DNA of 64,000 nucleotides from an uncultured Phycisphaerales bacterium (GTDB taxonomy: Bacteria; Planctomycetota; Phycisphaerae; WQYP01), in NCBI GenBank assembly GCA_903845195.1, contig CAIMWO010000077.1:8230-72229 (forward strand), read 5' to 3'. Within the stretch, counting starts at the first letter, position 1; each line of letters starts with the position of its first letter. Positions 10,374-19,852 of the stretch are shown one piece after another. Below the pieces are notes generated by a model. That model did not search any database. It had not been told where the DNA came from and was given only the letters and a program-made list of their open reading frames with translations. The position numbers and the translations under genes are program-made.

Positions 10374-10991
10374 ATGACCATCCTGCTGGACGCCAAGCCC
10401 CTCCAAGCCGGTGCCGAGCTTTCACCGGATTCCACCCTCGGCGACGCCCTGAACCTGATCCAGCAACACCTCGAAGGCGGCAAAATCATCGTTAAAGTCG
10501 AACTGGATGGCCAGCCCGTCGATGGCTCCACCCTTACGTTGTCCCGCAGCGCCCCGCTGGCCGGCCACCACGTTGCCGTCTCCACTGCCGATCAAAAGCA
10601 ATTGGCCTTGGCCACCATCGGAAAACTGGCCGCCCTCATCGAATGGCTTGCCCCGCAGCACGCAGAGATCGCCGCAGCCCTGGAAAAAGGACAAACCGCC
10701 CCGGCCCTCCAACGCCTCGGCGGCGTGCTCTCGGCATGGCAGCAGATCCAGCAATCCTATGCCGGCCTCATGACCCTGCTGCAGATCAAACTCGAAGACT
10801 TGCCCGTCCGCGATCTGACCGCCGCAGACGTCATCGCCGAATTCTGCAAGCAGCTCACCGAACTGCAAACCGCACTGCAAAACCAGGACTTCGTTCTTCT
10901 GGGCGATATTCTGCAGTACGAAATGGAGGGGGCGGTAAAGAACTGGATGTCGCTGCTCGAGGCGGCACTCGGAGTTGTGCAGCCCGAATAG
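10374..10991 (+). CDS. Hypothetical helical protein
   Basis: Long ORF with genome-like codon use; upstream GGAG; C-terminal QDFVLLGDILQYEM. Confidence 0.65.
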   Translation: MTILLDAKPLQAGAELSPDSTLGDALNLIQQHLEGGKIIVKVELDGQPVDGSTLTLSRSAPLAGHHVAVSTADQKQLALATIGKLAALIEWLAPQHAEIAAALEKGQTAPALQRLGGVLSAWQQIQQSYAGLMTLLQIKLEDLPVRDLTAADVIAEFCKQLTELQTALQNQDFVLLGDILQYEMEGAVKNWMSLLEAALGVVQPE

Positions 10992-11126
10992 CGGAGGCAG
11001 AGTGGGACCGCAGGCCCCATTCGTGGACAGCCGAGCACACAAGTCCAAATCGCTTGCGAATCAAAGGGTGAAGTCTAGAATAGCGTGTCTATTTCCGCCG
11101 GGGCTATCAAGCCCGTTGCGGAAATC

Positions 11127-11199
11127 GACAGCGTAGCTCAGTTGGTAGAGCAACAGACTTTTAATCTGTGGGTCCTGGGTTCGAGCCCCAGCGCTGTCA
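11127..11199 (+). tRNA. tRNA-Lys (anticodon TTT)
   Basis: GACAGCG/CGCTGTC acceptor stem, D-loop AGTTGGTA, anticodon arm CAGA-CTTTTAA-TCTG, GGTTCGAG T-loop. Confidence 0.95.
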
Positions 11200-11214
11200 G
11201 TCAAGGCGGGTGCT

Positions 11215-12312
11215 ATGTCTGCCGAGTTTTTGGAATTGTCCGCCGTCGAATTGCATGGCACTGCCCGCCAGATGGGCGAGCAATTCGGCGAAGCGACGCG
11301 TGCTGAAATGCACGAGTTGCTGACCCGGCGCCTGAATGCCGCACTCGAATTCGCCCGCGAGGAATCCAGCCGACATTTCACTTCCGATCAGGTGCTGGCA
11401 CTCGCCCGCCAATGTCTGCCGATCACGGAAAAGTACGACCCCACCGGGTATGAGGAATTCCTCGGGATCGCGCGTGGCGCGGGAATGTCTCCGGAACACC
11501 TGTTTATCATGCAGGGATACACGGATTTTCGGGATGTCCTCTCCTGCCATGGCCCAACCGTCGACGGCGAAGGATGCTCGTCCATCATCGTGACGCGGGA
11601 ACACGCCGCAAATCATCAACTCCTTCTCGGCCAGACCTGGGATCTGCAGACCGACAACATGCCCTACGTGCGGCTCGTGCATCGGCGACCGTCAGATGGC
11701 TCACCCGAGACCTGGAGCCTGACGCTGACCGGCTGCCTCACACTGATCGGTCTCAACAGCGAAGGCATCGCCGTGGGAACGACGAATCTGCGCACCACCG
11801 ATGCCCGCCCCGGAGTGCAATACCTGTCCATTTTGCACCGGGCCATACGCTCCCGCACGCTGGAGGAAGTGATCGCATCGGTTCGCTCCGCACCGCGATC
11901 CGCAGCACATTATTTCTTCGCGGCGGATGCCCATGGGAATGCCGTGGGTTTGGAATGTAGCGCCGCTGACTGCGAAACTCTCTATCCCCATGACGGCCTG
12001 TTGATCCACTGCAATCACGCACTGACCCCATCGATCCGCGCGATTGAATCACCATTTGACCAGAGTTCCACGCTGAGCCGGCAGGCACGATGCTCGCACC
12101 TGCTTTCGACCACTAGTGGTTTGATCGACGTGGAAACCATTCGCGGCATCTATGCGGATCACGACGGCGGGAACAACGCGATTTGCCGCCACGATGTGCC
12201 ACCGTCGGGTGTGTCGACGAACGCGTGCGTCATCATCAGCCCCGAGTTGCGCCAGATGCACGCCTGCCGCGGGCAGGCGCATCGGGGCGTCTGGCGCACG
12301 GTAAACGCGTGA
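11215..12312 (+). CDS. Peptidase C45 / acyl-CoA:6-APA acyltransferase-like Ntn hydrolase
   Basis: EGCSS autoproteolysis site, GQTWD, IGLNSEGIAV, HCNH, ICRH. Confidence 0.82.
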   Translation: MSAEFLELSAVELHGTARQMGEQFGEATRAEMHELLTRRLNAALEFAREESSRHFTSDQVLALARQCLPITEKYDPTGYEEFLGIARGAGMSPEHLFIMQGYTDFRDVLSCHGPTVDGEGCSSIIVTREHAANHQLLLGQTWDLQTDNMPYVRLVHRRPSDGSPETWSLTLTGCLTLIGLNSEGIAVGTTNLRTTDARPGVQYLSILHRAIRSRTLEEVIASVRSAPRSAAHYFFAADAHGNAVGLECSAADCETLYPHDGLLIHCNHALTPSIRAIESPFDQSSTLSRQARCSHLLSTTSGLIDVETIRGIYADHDGGNNAICRHDVPPSGVSTNACVIISPELRQMHACRGQAHRGVWRTVNA

Positions 12313-12343
12313 TTTCCTCAACAGTCCGGGACAAACGAAGACA

Positions 12344-12655
12344 TCAATGCCGCGCGGCGGAATCGACATCGTGATACGTGGGGGTGCCCATCTCTTTGAA
12401 GGAAAAGTGCTGGAAAATTCTGCGGCCGTCGAAGTCCATGACGCGCAGATCGTCTTCCTGTTTCAGATCACCAAGCACGGCCGTGAAATGCGTTCCATAG
12501 CGTTTTTCGACAAGGCTGACGGGAACCTCAAAGGCAATGTATTTTTCGATTCCCTTGGAAAGCAGCTTGTGGCCCAAGGCGGGGTCAGAAAGCGATTCGT
12601 GGGAGGTGAGGATCAAGACAGCGCCCGAGCCATTGAGGAAAATGCCGGCTTTCAT
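12344..12655 (-). CDS. Conserved hypothetical cytosolic protein
   Basis: GGAG RBS; globular sequence (KGIEKYIAFEVP, YGTHF, DLRVMDFDG). Confidence 0.65.
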   Translation of the reverse strand: MKAGIFLNGSGAVLILTSHESLSDPALGHKLLSKGIEKYIAFEVPVSLVEKRYGTHFTAVLGDLKQEDDLRVMDFDGRRIFQHFSFKEMGTPTYHDVDSAARH

Positions 12656-12839
12656 GGTACGACTCCTTCATTTTTCTAGTTACGCTTCTGAGAATTGACG
12701 TATTGCTAAAATTGTAGCTTGCGAATCATAAAAAACTCCTAAATAGTCGTAATTTTCTTGCATTAGGCTCCAAATGTGGTAAATTTACTCCTGAACCAAC
12801 AAGGTGAGAGAGAGGTGTGTGTCTCACTTGGAGGTTCAT

Positions 12840-12959
12840 ATGGATACCCTTTCTAGTCCGCGGTCCCGCGGCGCGGTGGTTCTCGAATCAATACTACTTT
12901 TGGCGCTCTCGCTTCCCCTGATCCTCGCGTTTGTGCTGGGATTGTTGGCGAGCAATTGA
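12840..12959 (+). CDS. 39-aa prepilin-like (TadE/Flp-type) membrane peptide, below the ORF-track cutoff
   Basis: GGAGG RBS; MDTLSSPRSRG|AVVLESILLLALSLPLILAFVLGLLASN*; upstream promoter TTGCAT-16-TAAATT starting at 12758. Confidence 0.55.
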   Translation: MDTLSSPRSRGAVVLESILLLALSLPLILAFVLGLLASN

Positions 12960-13317
12960 TTCCATTCATCTGGAGATTGGGCAAGTAGTATCTGGTGGGA
13001 GGGAGTAAGTATTTTGCGCAACTCGTCTGGCCATCGCCTCGCGCAGAGATGTATTGTTCGCAGTACCCGGTGGAGCTGTCGTTCGACAGTTGGCCCGGGG
13101 GCGGAACCTATTTGTTGCCGCTGAATCCAGCATCCTATTCCCATTCTTAGCGAAACCCTATCTGGTCTTGGGCAAGTGCAGACGTTCGAATTGAAAAAAT
13201 AGTGCTCCCCACACATCCGGGGGGATATAGTTAGTTGGGGGTGCGGTCATGTCATGAATCCTCTGGAGGTCAATGCGGCACCTCTTTTCGATAACCCATT
13301 GCAAAGGAGGACGGGCT

Positions 13318-13800
13318 ATGGCAACGACTCATGAAATTCCAGTTTCGATCAGGAAGTATCTCGAAGATCAAGGCATTGCTTACGAAATGATTCCGCATCG
13401 CAGGGATTTCAACGCGCAGTCGGCCGCCGCAGACACGCACACGCCAGGCAAGGAATTTGCCAAGTGTGTACTGCTGTGGGTAGACAACTACTATGCGATG
13501 GTCGTGTTGCCTGCGGATCACTGGGTGGACTTCAAACTGCTGCGGCAGGGGTTAGACGCCATGGATGCCGGATTGATCCGCGAGGAAGAGATGATGCGAC
13601 TCTTTCCAGACTGCGAGCTCGGTGCCGAGCCACCGTTCGGCAGTCTGTATGATTTGCCCGTCTACGTTGCGTCGCAGATTGTCCAGGACGAAAAAATCAC
13701 ATTCAATGCCGGTACCCACGAGGAAGCTATCCGCATGAGTTACGCGGACTTCTCACGGCTGGTACATCCGACGATTGTGGATTTCGCGCGCCGAAACTAA
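13318..13800 (+). CDS. YbaK/EbsC-family aminoacyl-tRNA deacylase
   Basis: AGGAGG RBS; FAKCVLL, VLPAD, FPDCELGAEPPFG, FNAGTHEE. Confidence 0.88.
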   Translation: MATTHEIPVSIRKYLEDQGIAYEMIPHRRDFNAQSAAADTHTPGKEFAKCVLLWVDNYYAMVVLPADHWVDFKLLRQGLDAMDAGLIREEEMMRLFPDCELGAEPPFGSLYDLPVYVASQIVQDEKITFNAGTHEEAIRMSYADFSRLVHPTIVDFARRN

Positions 13801-14025
13801 CACATCGCATCACCGAGCCTGCACCAGCCGTGAGCGGGCAATCACGAGTGGATGGTTCCTCCGCATAAACGGGAATTGACTGATAAAGTAGGCCTTATTT
13901 TGCGTAAAAGGGGCGGCAATCTTTTCTCTTGCGTCCGCGCAATTTGCTGCTAATCTTCTTAAAAGGACGGTATATCTTCATGTCACCGCTACTGATGCAG
14001 TTGGCTATATTGAGGCGAGGATCCT

Positions 14026-14373
14026 GTGGAAAAATGCACGAAGTGCGGAGTGTTGGTTGCGCCTGAAGAGCCGGTATTTCGTCAAGAAGCCGGCTGCGTG
14101 TGTGGCTCATGTTTGCTGTTGGAATCCATAACCGATCCAGCACTGACGCGCTTGGTAAAGCCGGCTGCGGATCGGTTTTATGATCTCAGCGGCAAGCCGG
14201 TGCGACGATTGAGCGGCGCGAGCTCGCCGGAGATCTATCAGGGCGGGGGAAGATGGAAACACCTTGCGGATGTTGATTATTTGAAGAAACACGGACAGCG
14301 CATCACGAAAGCGCAGTTCGATGTGATGGTCCGTAGCATGGACGAGCAGGAGACGTTGCAGTCTACGAGGTAA
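14026..14373 (+). CDS. Hypothetical protein with N-terminal CxxC...CxxC
   Basis: GAGG RBS, GTG start; CTKC and CGSC. Confidence 0.5.
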   Translation: MEKCTKCGVLVAPEEPVFRQEAGCVCGSCLLLESITDPALTRLVKPAADRFYDLSGKPVRRLSGASSPEIYQGGGRWKHLADVDYLKKHGQRITKAQFDVMVRSMDEQETLQSTR

Positions 14374-14426
14374 GAGCCTGCCGCGTTAGTGCACATTTCA
14401 TGAGAGTCCTCATCGGAGATAAGTAG

Positions 14427-14753
14427 ATGCTATCGATTGCCCTGTCGGAAGCGGAGGAAATCCTGGCCGTAAGAGCAATCGAATTGCTGTTACAGGATGC
14501 ACGCCGGCGGTATCAAGAGCGTGCCAATCATCCGCGGGTACGTGATGGGGCGCTGCACCTGCCGGAGTTTGAGGACGGGGTCACGGTCGCGGCGATGGGA
14601 TTCTATCTGACGACGTTTTCGCCAGTCGATACGGTGGATGATGATGACGCACGGGGGTTGTGGCGGAAGATTATCGATGCGTTTGTCATGGCCCGGGCGA
14701 CAGGATCAGGCCCTCTGATCGCCTTTGCACGTTCAGCAGTAGAGACGGATTAA
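14427..14753 (+). CDS. Hypothetical protein
   Basis: GGAG RBS; fills the gap before cysC. Confidence 0.45.
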   Translation: MLSIALSEAEEILAVRAIELLLQDARRRYQERANHPRVRDGALHLPEFEDGVTVAAMGFYLTTFSPVDTVDDDDARGLWRKIIDAFVMARATGSGPLIAFARSAVETD

Positions 14754-14822
14754 TCCACTATTATTACGGTTTCTGACGCGTCGGTGGAAGCATGCGTTTC
14801 TAATCGATAGAATGGCTGGTCT

Positions 14823-15476
14823 ATGCAGAAGGCCACCAATATCGTCTGGCATGCCGCGCACGTGACCCCTGAGCAGCGTCAAGCCGTGACTCGCGTGAAT
14901 CCCGCCGTTCTCTGGCTGACGGGACTGTCGGGCTGCGGCAAATCGACGCTGGCGATGGCGTTGGAGGATCGGCTCATCGAACGCGGGCATCTGGCGTATG
15001 TGCTGGACGGCGATAACGTGCGGCATGGCCTCAACAAGAACCTGGGTTTTTCGGACGAAGATCGGCAGGAGAACATCCGCCGCATCGGCGAAGTGGCGAA
15101 ACTGTTCATTTCCGCGGGCGTGATGGCGATCACGAGCTTTATTTCACCGTTTCGGCAGGATCGCGAAGCGGTTCGAACGTTGGTTGGACCGGGTGCATTC
15201 ATCGAAATTTATGTCGACGCACCGTTGGACGTATGCGAGTCGCGCGATCCGAAGGGCCTCTATAAGAAGGCTCGGGCAGCCATGGCCGCGGGGAAGGGAA
15301 TGGCGTTTACGGGCATCGATTCACCGTACGAGCCTCCCGTGATACCGGAGATTCATGTGCATTCGGACCGACAGTCGGTGGAGCAGTGCGCCGAGCAGGT
15401 CATGGCATATCTGCAGCAGCACGGACATCTGTTGCCGGTGGCCGATTTGGCGGCGCCGGGCGGGGGAAGGGCCTGA
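14823..15476 (+). CDS. cysC: Adenylyl-sulfate kinase
   Basis: [52 protein letters not shown]. Confidence 0.95.
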   Translation: MQKATNIVWHAAHVTPEQRQAVTRVNPAVLWLTGLSGCGKSTLAMALEDRLIERGHLAYVLDGDNVRHGLNKNLGFSDEDRQENIRRIGEVAKLFISAGVMAITSFISPFRQDREAVRTLVGPGAFIEIYVDAPLDVCESRDPKGLYKKARAAMAAGKGMAFTGIDSPYEPPVIPEIHVHSDRQSVEQCAEQVMAYLQQHGHLLPVADLAAPGGGRA

Positions 15477-16366
15477 TGTTCGTGGATTTGCATACGCATT
15501 CGACGGCGTCGGACGGTACGTACTCGCCGACGAAATTGATTCGCGCTGCGAAGGATGCGGGTTTGGTGGGGATTGCACTGACGGATCACGACACGGGAAA
15601 CGGCCTCAAGGAGGCCGCGGCCGAGGCCCAGTGCGTGGGCGTACGATTTGTGCCGGGGATTGAGATTTCCGCCGATTATCCGGAGCCGGGAACGCTGCAT
15701 ATCCTGGGGCATTTTATCGATGTGGATTCTCCCGCACTGCAGAGGATGAGCGAGATTCTGCTGGCGGCACGCAATGAGCGTAATCCGAAAATTGTGGCGC
15801 GGCTGAAACAACTTGGGTGCTCGATCACGATGGCGCAGGTGGAAGCGGTGGCGCGGGACAAGGTGGAATCCGGCAAGCCGTTCGTTGTGGGGCGGCCGCA
15901 CATTGCCCAGGCCTTGGTGAACGCGGAATGCGTTGCGAGCATCAAACAGGCTTTTGAGGTTTACCTGGGGACGACGGGTGCGGCCTATTTTCCGAAGGAA
16001 CGATTGTCGCCGCGGCAGGCGATCGAATGCATTCATGACGCAGGCGGACTGGCCACCGTCGCCCATCCGGTACAACTGCGCTGCGATAACCCCGCGCATC
16101 TGCAGACGGTCATCAATCATCTGGCAGAGGCAGGGATGGACGGCATCGAGGTGTGGCATTGCGATCACGATGAAAAGACCAGCGAATTGATGCTGCATAT
16201 GGCGAAGAAATACAACCTCATTCCCACCGGCGGCTCTGATTTTCACGGCCACAACAAGGCGGACGTGATTCTGGGCCGCGGGCGGAATAATGTGAAGGTG
16301 CCCGTTGAGGTACTCGATCGGCTGGAAGCGAAATGGAAACAGAAGCGGCACGAGTTGTTCGTGTGA
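15476..16366 (+). CDS. PHP-domain phosphoesterase (TrpH/YciV-like)
   Basis: DLHTHSTASDG, LTDHDT, GRPHIA, AHP, TGGSDFHG; ATG overlaps the cysC stop (TGATG). Confidence 0.9.
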   Translation: MFVDLHTHSTASDGTYSPTKLIRAAKDAGLVGIALTDHDTGNGLKEAAAEAQCVGVRFVPGIEISADYPEPGTLHILGHFIDVDSPALQRMSEILLAARNERNPKIVARLKQLGCSITMAQVEAVARDKVESGKPFVVGRPHIAQALVNAECVASIKQAFEVYLGTTGAAYFPKERLSPRQAIECIHDAGGLATVAHPVQLRCDNPAHLQTVINHLAEAGMDGIEVWHCDHDEKTSELMLHMAKKYNLIPTGGSDFHGHNKADVILGRGRNNVKVPVEVLDRLEAKWKQKRHELFV

Positions 16367-16396
16367 CGGACCTTTGGCCCAAGATGCAATGAAGCT

Positions 16397-17164
16397 ATGA
16401 CGACTGCAAACACGCTCAATCTCGACGAAATTAACGCGAAGCTCGATCGCGTGCATCCTGCGGAGATCGTGCGCTGGGCCTCCGAGACGTTTGGGGAACC
16501 TAAGGCGACTGCCGACGGTCCGGCGGCGGGTGGGCTCATCATGACGAGTTCCTTCGGCGCCGAAAGCATGTGCTCGATTCACCTGGCGATCAGCGTGGTG
16601 CCGCGGATCAAGATTGTGGTAGTGAACACGGGGTATCTGTTTGCCGAGACGCTTAGTTTCATGCAGGAGATGCGGAAACGATTTGATTTGAACGTCATCG
16701 AGTACCACACGAAGAATGATCCGGTAGTCTGGCTGACGGTTCACGGCGAGCCGGATCCGCGCGTGCGGAAGAATGTGGACGCGTGCTGCGCGGCCAACAA
16801 GAACGAGGTGTTCGATCGGGCGATGCGAGAACTGGCGCCGGCGGGATGGTTGCGCGGGGTGCGGGCGGATCAGTCTTCGGAGCGCGGCAAGATGCAGGTT
16901 GTGCAGTGGAGCAAACGCTACAACTGCTATGCGATATCGCCGATTTTGCGCTGGAGTTCGCGGGACATCTGGCAGTACATGAAGGAGCATGACCTGCCGT
17001 ACCATCCGTTGTGGGAGAAGGGGTACGTGTCCATCGGATGCAATCCGAGCACCTGCACGGCGCCGGTGGGAGAAGAAGGGGATCAGCGCTCTGGCCGCTG
17101 GGCGGGAACGGGCAAGAAGGAGTGCGGCATTCACCTGGAGCCCGGGGATGGCGGCGTGGGGTGA
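16397..17164 (+). CDS. cysH: APS/PAPS reductase
   Basis: SSFG, NTGYLFAET, ACC, GVRADQS, YHPLWEKGYVSIGC, RSGRW, ECGIH. Confidence 0.92.
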   Translation: MTTANTLNLDEINAKLDRVHPAEIVRWASETFGEPKATADGPAAGGLIMTSSFGAESMCSIHLAISVVPRIKIVVVNTGYLFAETLSFMQEMRKRFDLNVIEYHTKNDPVVWLTVHGEPDPRVRKNVDACCAANKNEVFDRAMRELAPAGWLRGVRADQSSERGKMQVVQWSKRYNCYAISPILRWSSRDIWQYMKEHDLPYHPLWEKGYVSIGCNPSTCTAPVGEEGDQRSGRWAGTGKKECGIHLEPGDGGVG

Positions 17165-17329
17165 GCGGGGGTGGGTATTTTTCGCACTTTTTGCCCAGTG
17201 TCTGATAAGAATCCATCTGAATCGTGATCGGCAGAGTTTTATTTTGCCTGGGTTGCGTGCGAATCGTACGTTTCTGTCATGCCCTCTTTGAGTAACGAGC
17301 GGGCAAGGGCAGTAACGCAGGGAGGTCGC

Positions 17330-18541
17330 GTGCTTCGAGTAATTGTCAGACAGGCTCGGCCGGGCATGACATTGGCGCGGTCGATTATTCATCCCAGCCA
17401 ACCGGAAACCATGTTGCTTACGACAGGCCACACGCTTGAGGCCTGCGAGATTGCACGCCTGCACGAACTGGGCGTTTACGATTTGTGGATCGAGTATCCC
17501 GGTCTGGATTTTCTGGACAACATGTATTCGCCACAGCTCTCGCAGAACCAGCAGCGGTTGTGCGAGACGCTCAAGTACAGCTTTCACGACCAGGTGCAGC
17601 GGACGGAGTCGCGTTTGCCGATCATCCAGTACCAGGACATCGTGCAGGAACTGGTGCAGTCGATTCTCGATTCGGCAACGACGATGCCGTTCATGAGCGA
17701 ACTGGCGGGGGTGGATGATGCGTTGCTGCGGCATTCTTCGGAAGTCTGCGTACTGGGGGTGATGCTGGGATTGCGGCTGGAGGGGTACCTGGTGGAGCAA
17801 CGGCGACGTCTTTCCGGGCGGTACGCGAAGGACGTGGTCAATCTGGGTGTGGGGTGCATGCTGCATGACATTGGGGAGTTGCAGCTTCCGGAGCAGGAGC
17901 GCGAATCGCGGCGCATGTCGAGCGATGAATCGCGGGCGTGGGAAAGGCATGTGGCGTTGGGCTACTCGATCGTGCGCGGGCAGGTGCCGCCATCGGCAGC
18001 GAATATTGTGCTGAATCATCACCAGCATTTCGACGGAACGGGATTTCCGGGGCTGTCGGTGCGGGAAGAGCCGCAGAGCGGTGCGCAGATTCATGTCTTT
18101 ACGCGTATTGCGATGGCGGCAGACACGTTTCAACATTTGCTGTACCAGGATGGGATGAACTATCCGGCGGTGTACGCATTGTGGCGGATTCAGCAGGCGC
18201 CGTTCCGGGGATGGTTGGATCCGGTGGTGCTGGCGGCATTGCTGGCGGTTGTGCCGCCGTTCCTGCCGGGGATGGTGGTGCAGTTGAATGATCGGCGGCA
18301 CGCGATTGTGATCAAGACGCATGAAGATGCTCCGTGCTATCCGGAAGTGCAGATCCTGGAGGGGATGAATCTGATGTCGCGGGCGAACGTGCATGGGGAA
18401 CGGGAAGTGGTTGATCTTGCGACGACGCGAGGACTGAGCATCGAAAGCGTGGATGGGTTCGATGTGAGCGAGTTTTTGTATGGTGCGAAGCATGTGTCGA
18501 ACGTGCGGGCGCCGGTGCCGCAGCAGACGCTTTTTGTGTAG
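17330..18541 (+). CDS. HD-GYP-like phosphohydrolase
   Basis: GGAGG RBS before GTG; LHDIG, HHQHFDGTGFP, RIAMAADTF. Confidence 0.8.
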   Translation: MLRVIVRQARPGMTLARSIIHPSQPETMLLTTGHTLEACEIARLHELGVYDLWIEYPGLDFLDNMYSPQLSQNQQRLCETLKYSFHDQVQRTESRLPIIQYQDIVQELVQSILDSATTMPFMSELAGVDDALLRHSSEVCVLGVMLGLRLEGYLVEQRRRLSGRYAKDVVNLGVGCMLHDIGELQLPEQERESRRMSSDESRAWERHVALGYSIVRGQVPPSAANIVLNHHQHFDGTGFPGLSVREEPQSGAQIHVFTRIAMAADTFQHLLYQDGMNYPAVYALWRIQQAPFRGWLDPVVLAALLAVVPPFLPGMVVQLNDRRHAIVIKTHEDAPCYPEVQILEGMNLMSRANVHGEREVVDLATTRGLSIESVDGFDVSEFLYGAKHVSNVRAPVPQQTLFV

Positions 18542-18690
18542 GCGGGTAGTTCCAATTTTCAATTTACAATTTTCAAGGACGGATTGACGACGTGGACGGT
18601 CCACAAATGGGCACAAATTTGCACGAATGATGAGGGGGAAATGGGGCGACGTTGAGGATGCGAGAGGCAAGATGCGTGGACGCGGGGCGG

Positions 18691-18926
18691 CACAGACCGG
18701 AAGTGGGCTTCCGGTTTGTGGGGCGTGGGCGGATTGGATTAATAAACAGGAAGTGGGCTTCCGGTTTGGGTTTTTGGGGGTGAAAACGGGGGTGGGAGGG
18801 GATGAAAAGTGGGTGGTGGGCATGTTTTTGGGGTGAGACCGGAAGCAGGCTTCCGGTTTGTTGGTGAGTAACCGGAAGTTGGCTTCCGGTCTATGAGGGG
18901 CAAAGCGGAAGCGGGCTTCCGGTTTG
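18691..18926. repeat. Cluster of five GGAAG-NNGG-CTTCCGGT hairpin repeats
   Basis: Copies near 18696, 18746, 18838, 18871 and 18905 with irregular spacers. Confidence 0.75.
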
Positions 18927-19852
18927 TTCGAGAATGAATGGGGGCGGTGCATGGGGGCTCCTGTCAGGGGTCAGTGGGCAGCGGGCGCGCGGTGCGAGCT
19001 TCTATATAAGGGGTGGAAGACCATGTTTGTGCGCACAGGCGTTTGGGGCATGGACGGTAGGTGTTGAGGTGCGCGGGAGTTAGCGGCGGAATTATTTTCT
19101 GCTTGGGGCGTATGGGGGGTGATAGGTGTGCGCACGCATGTGAGAGCGTTTCGTGCCATCGCCACCGGCGGGACAACCACAAGCCACAGATAGCGGAGAA
19201 CGCACAGAGGATTGGAGCGAGAAGAAACGAATGGAGGCGGTCGAGGGCGTGCGAATGAACGTGGATAGAGATGGCTTGGACATTTTGGCGTAGCTCTTGC
19301 GCAAATTAACAATATGTATATCTAAAATATCCAGAATTAATTTGCGTGTGCAGGAAATACGTATATACTCTATGGAAATTCCTTGCGACCGCTCTATGGG
19401 GCGCAACGATTTATGCGATGCGTGTGGGCATCAGCAAACATCAGTAAAAATTGAATACGGATAGTAACCGCGGGAGAGAACTTGGGTGCCGATATCGGCG
19501 GCCGGTTTTTTTGCGCGGTGTTCGTTTTTGCCTCGGTTCTGTGTGGGGCGTTTCGTACAGGGATGAAATGCTAGAGCAGGACCGGTCGGGCTGAGGGGTT
19601 TGTTTCAGAGAGAGTGATGTGTTTTCGGAAATCCGGGTGCAACACCCCGCGGTTGGGGTGCGCTCGGAGTGCGGCCGGGCAGCGTTTTGAATAACGCGTC
19701 AAGCCGGAACGGAGGAGGTGCGCGCTGCCAGCAACGTGTGGGCAGCGCGGCGTAGGGGCGAAGCACGCGAGAGAGAGGCGAGAGGAATGAGTGGACTGAG
19801 AGCCGCGCGACGTGGGTCGCGGGTTAGGAGCATTTCATGTTGGGAGTTCTTC

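Noticed and set aside
12660..14000. oriC at the skew switch with AT-rich DNA
   Set aside because: No DnaA-box cluster or dnaA/dnaN seen, and the skew flips again later in the window.
18691..18926. CRISPR array
   Set aside because: Spacers are very unequal (about 10-68 nt), repeat loops vary and there are no cas genes in the window.
15353..18952. 1199-aa minus-strand ORF
   Set aside because: Antisense shadow of PHP, cysH and HD-GYP; Arg/His/Pro-rich with no motifs.
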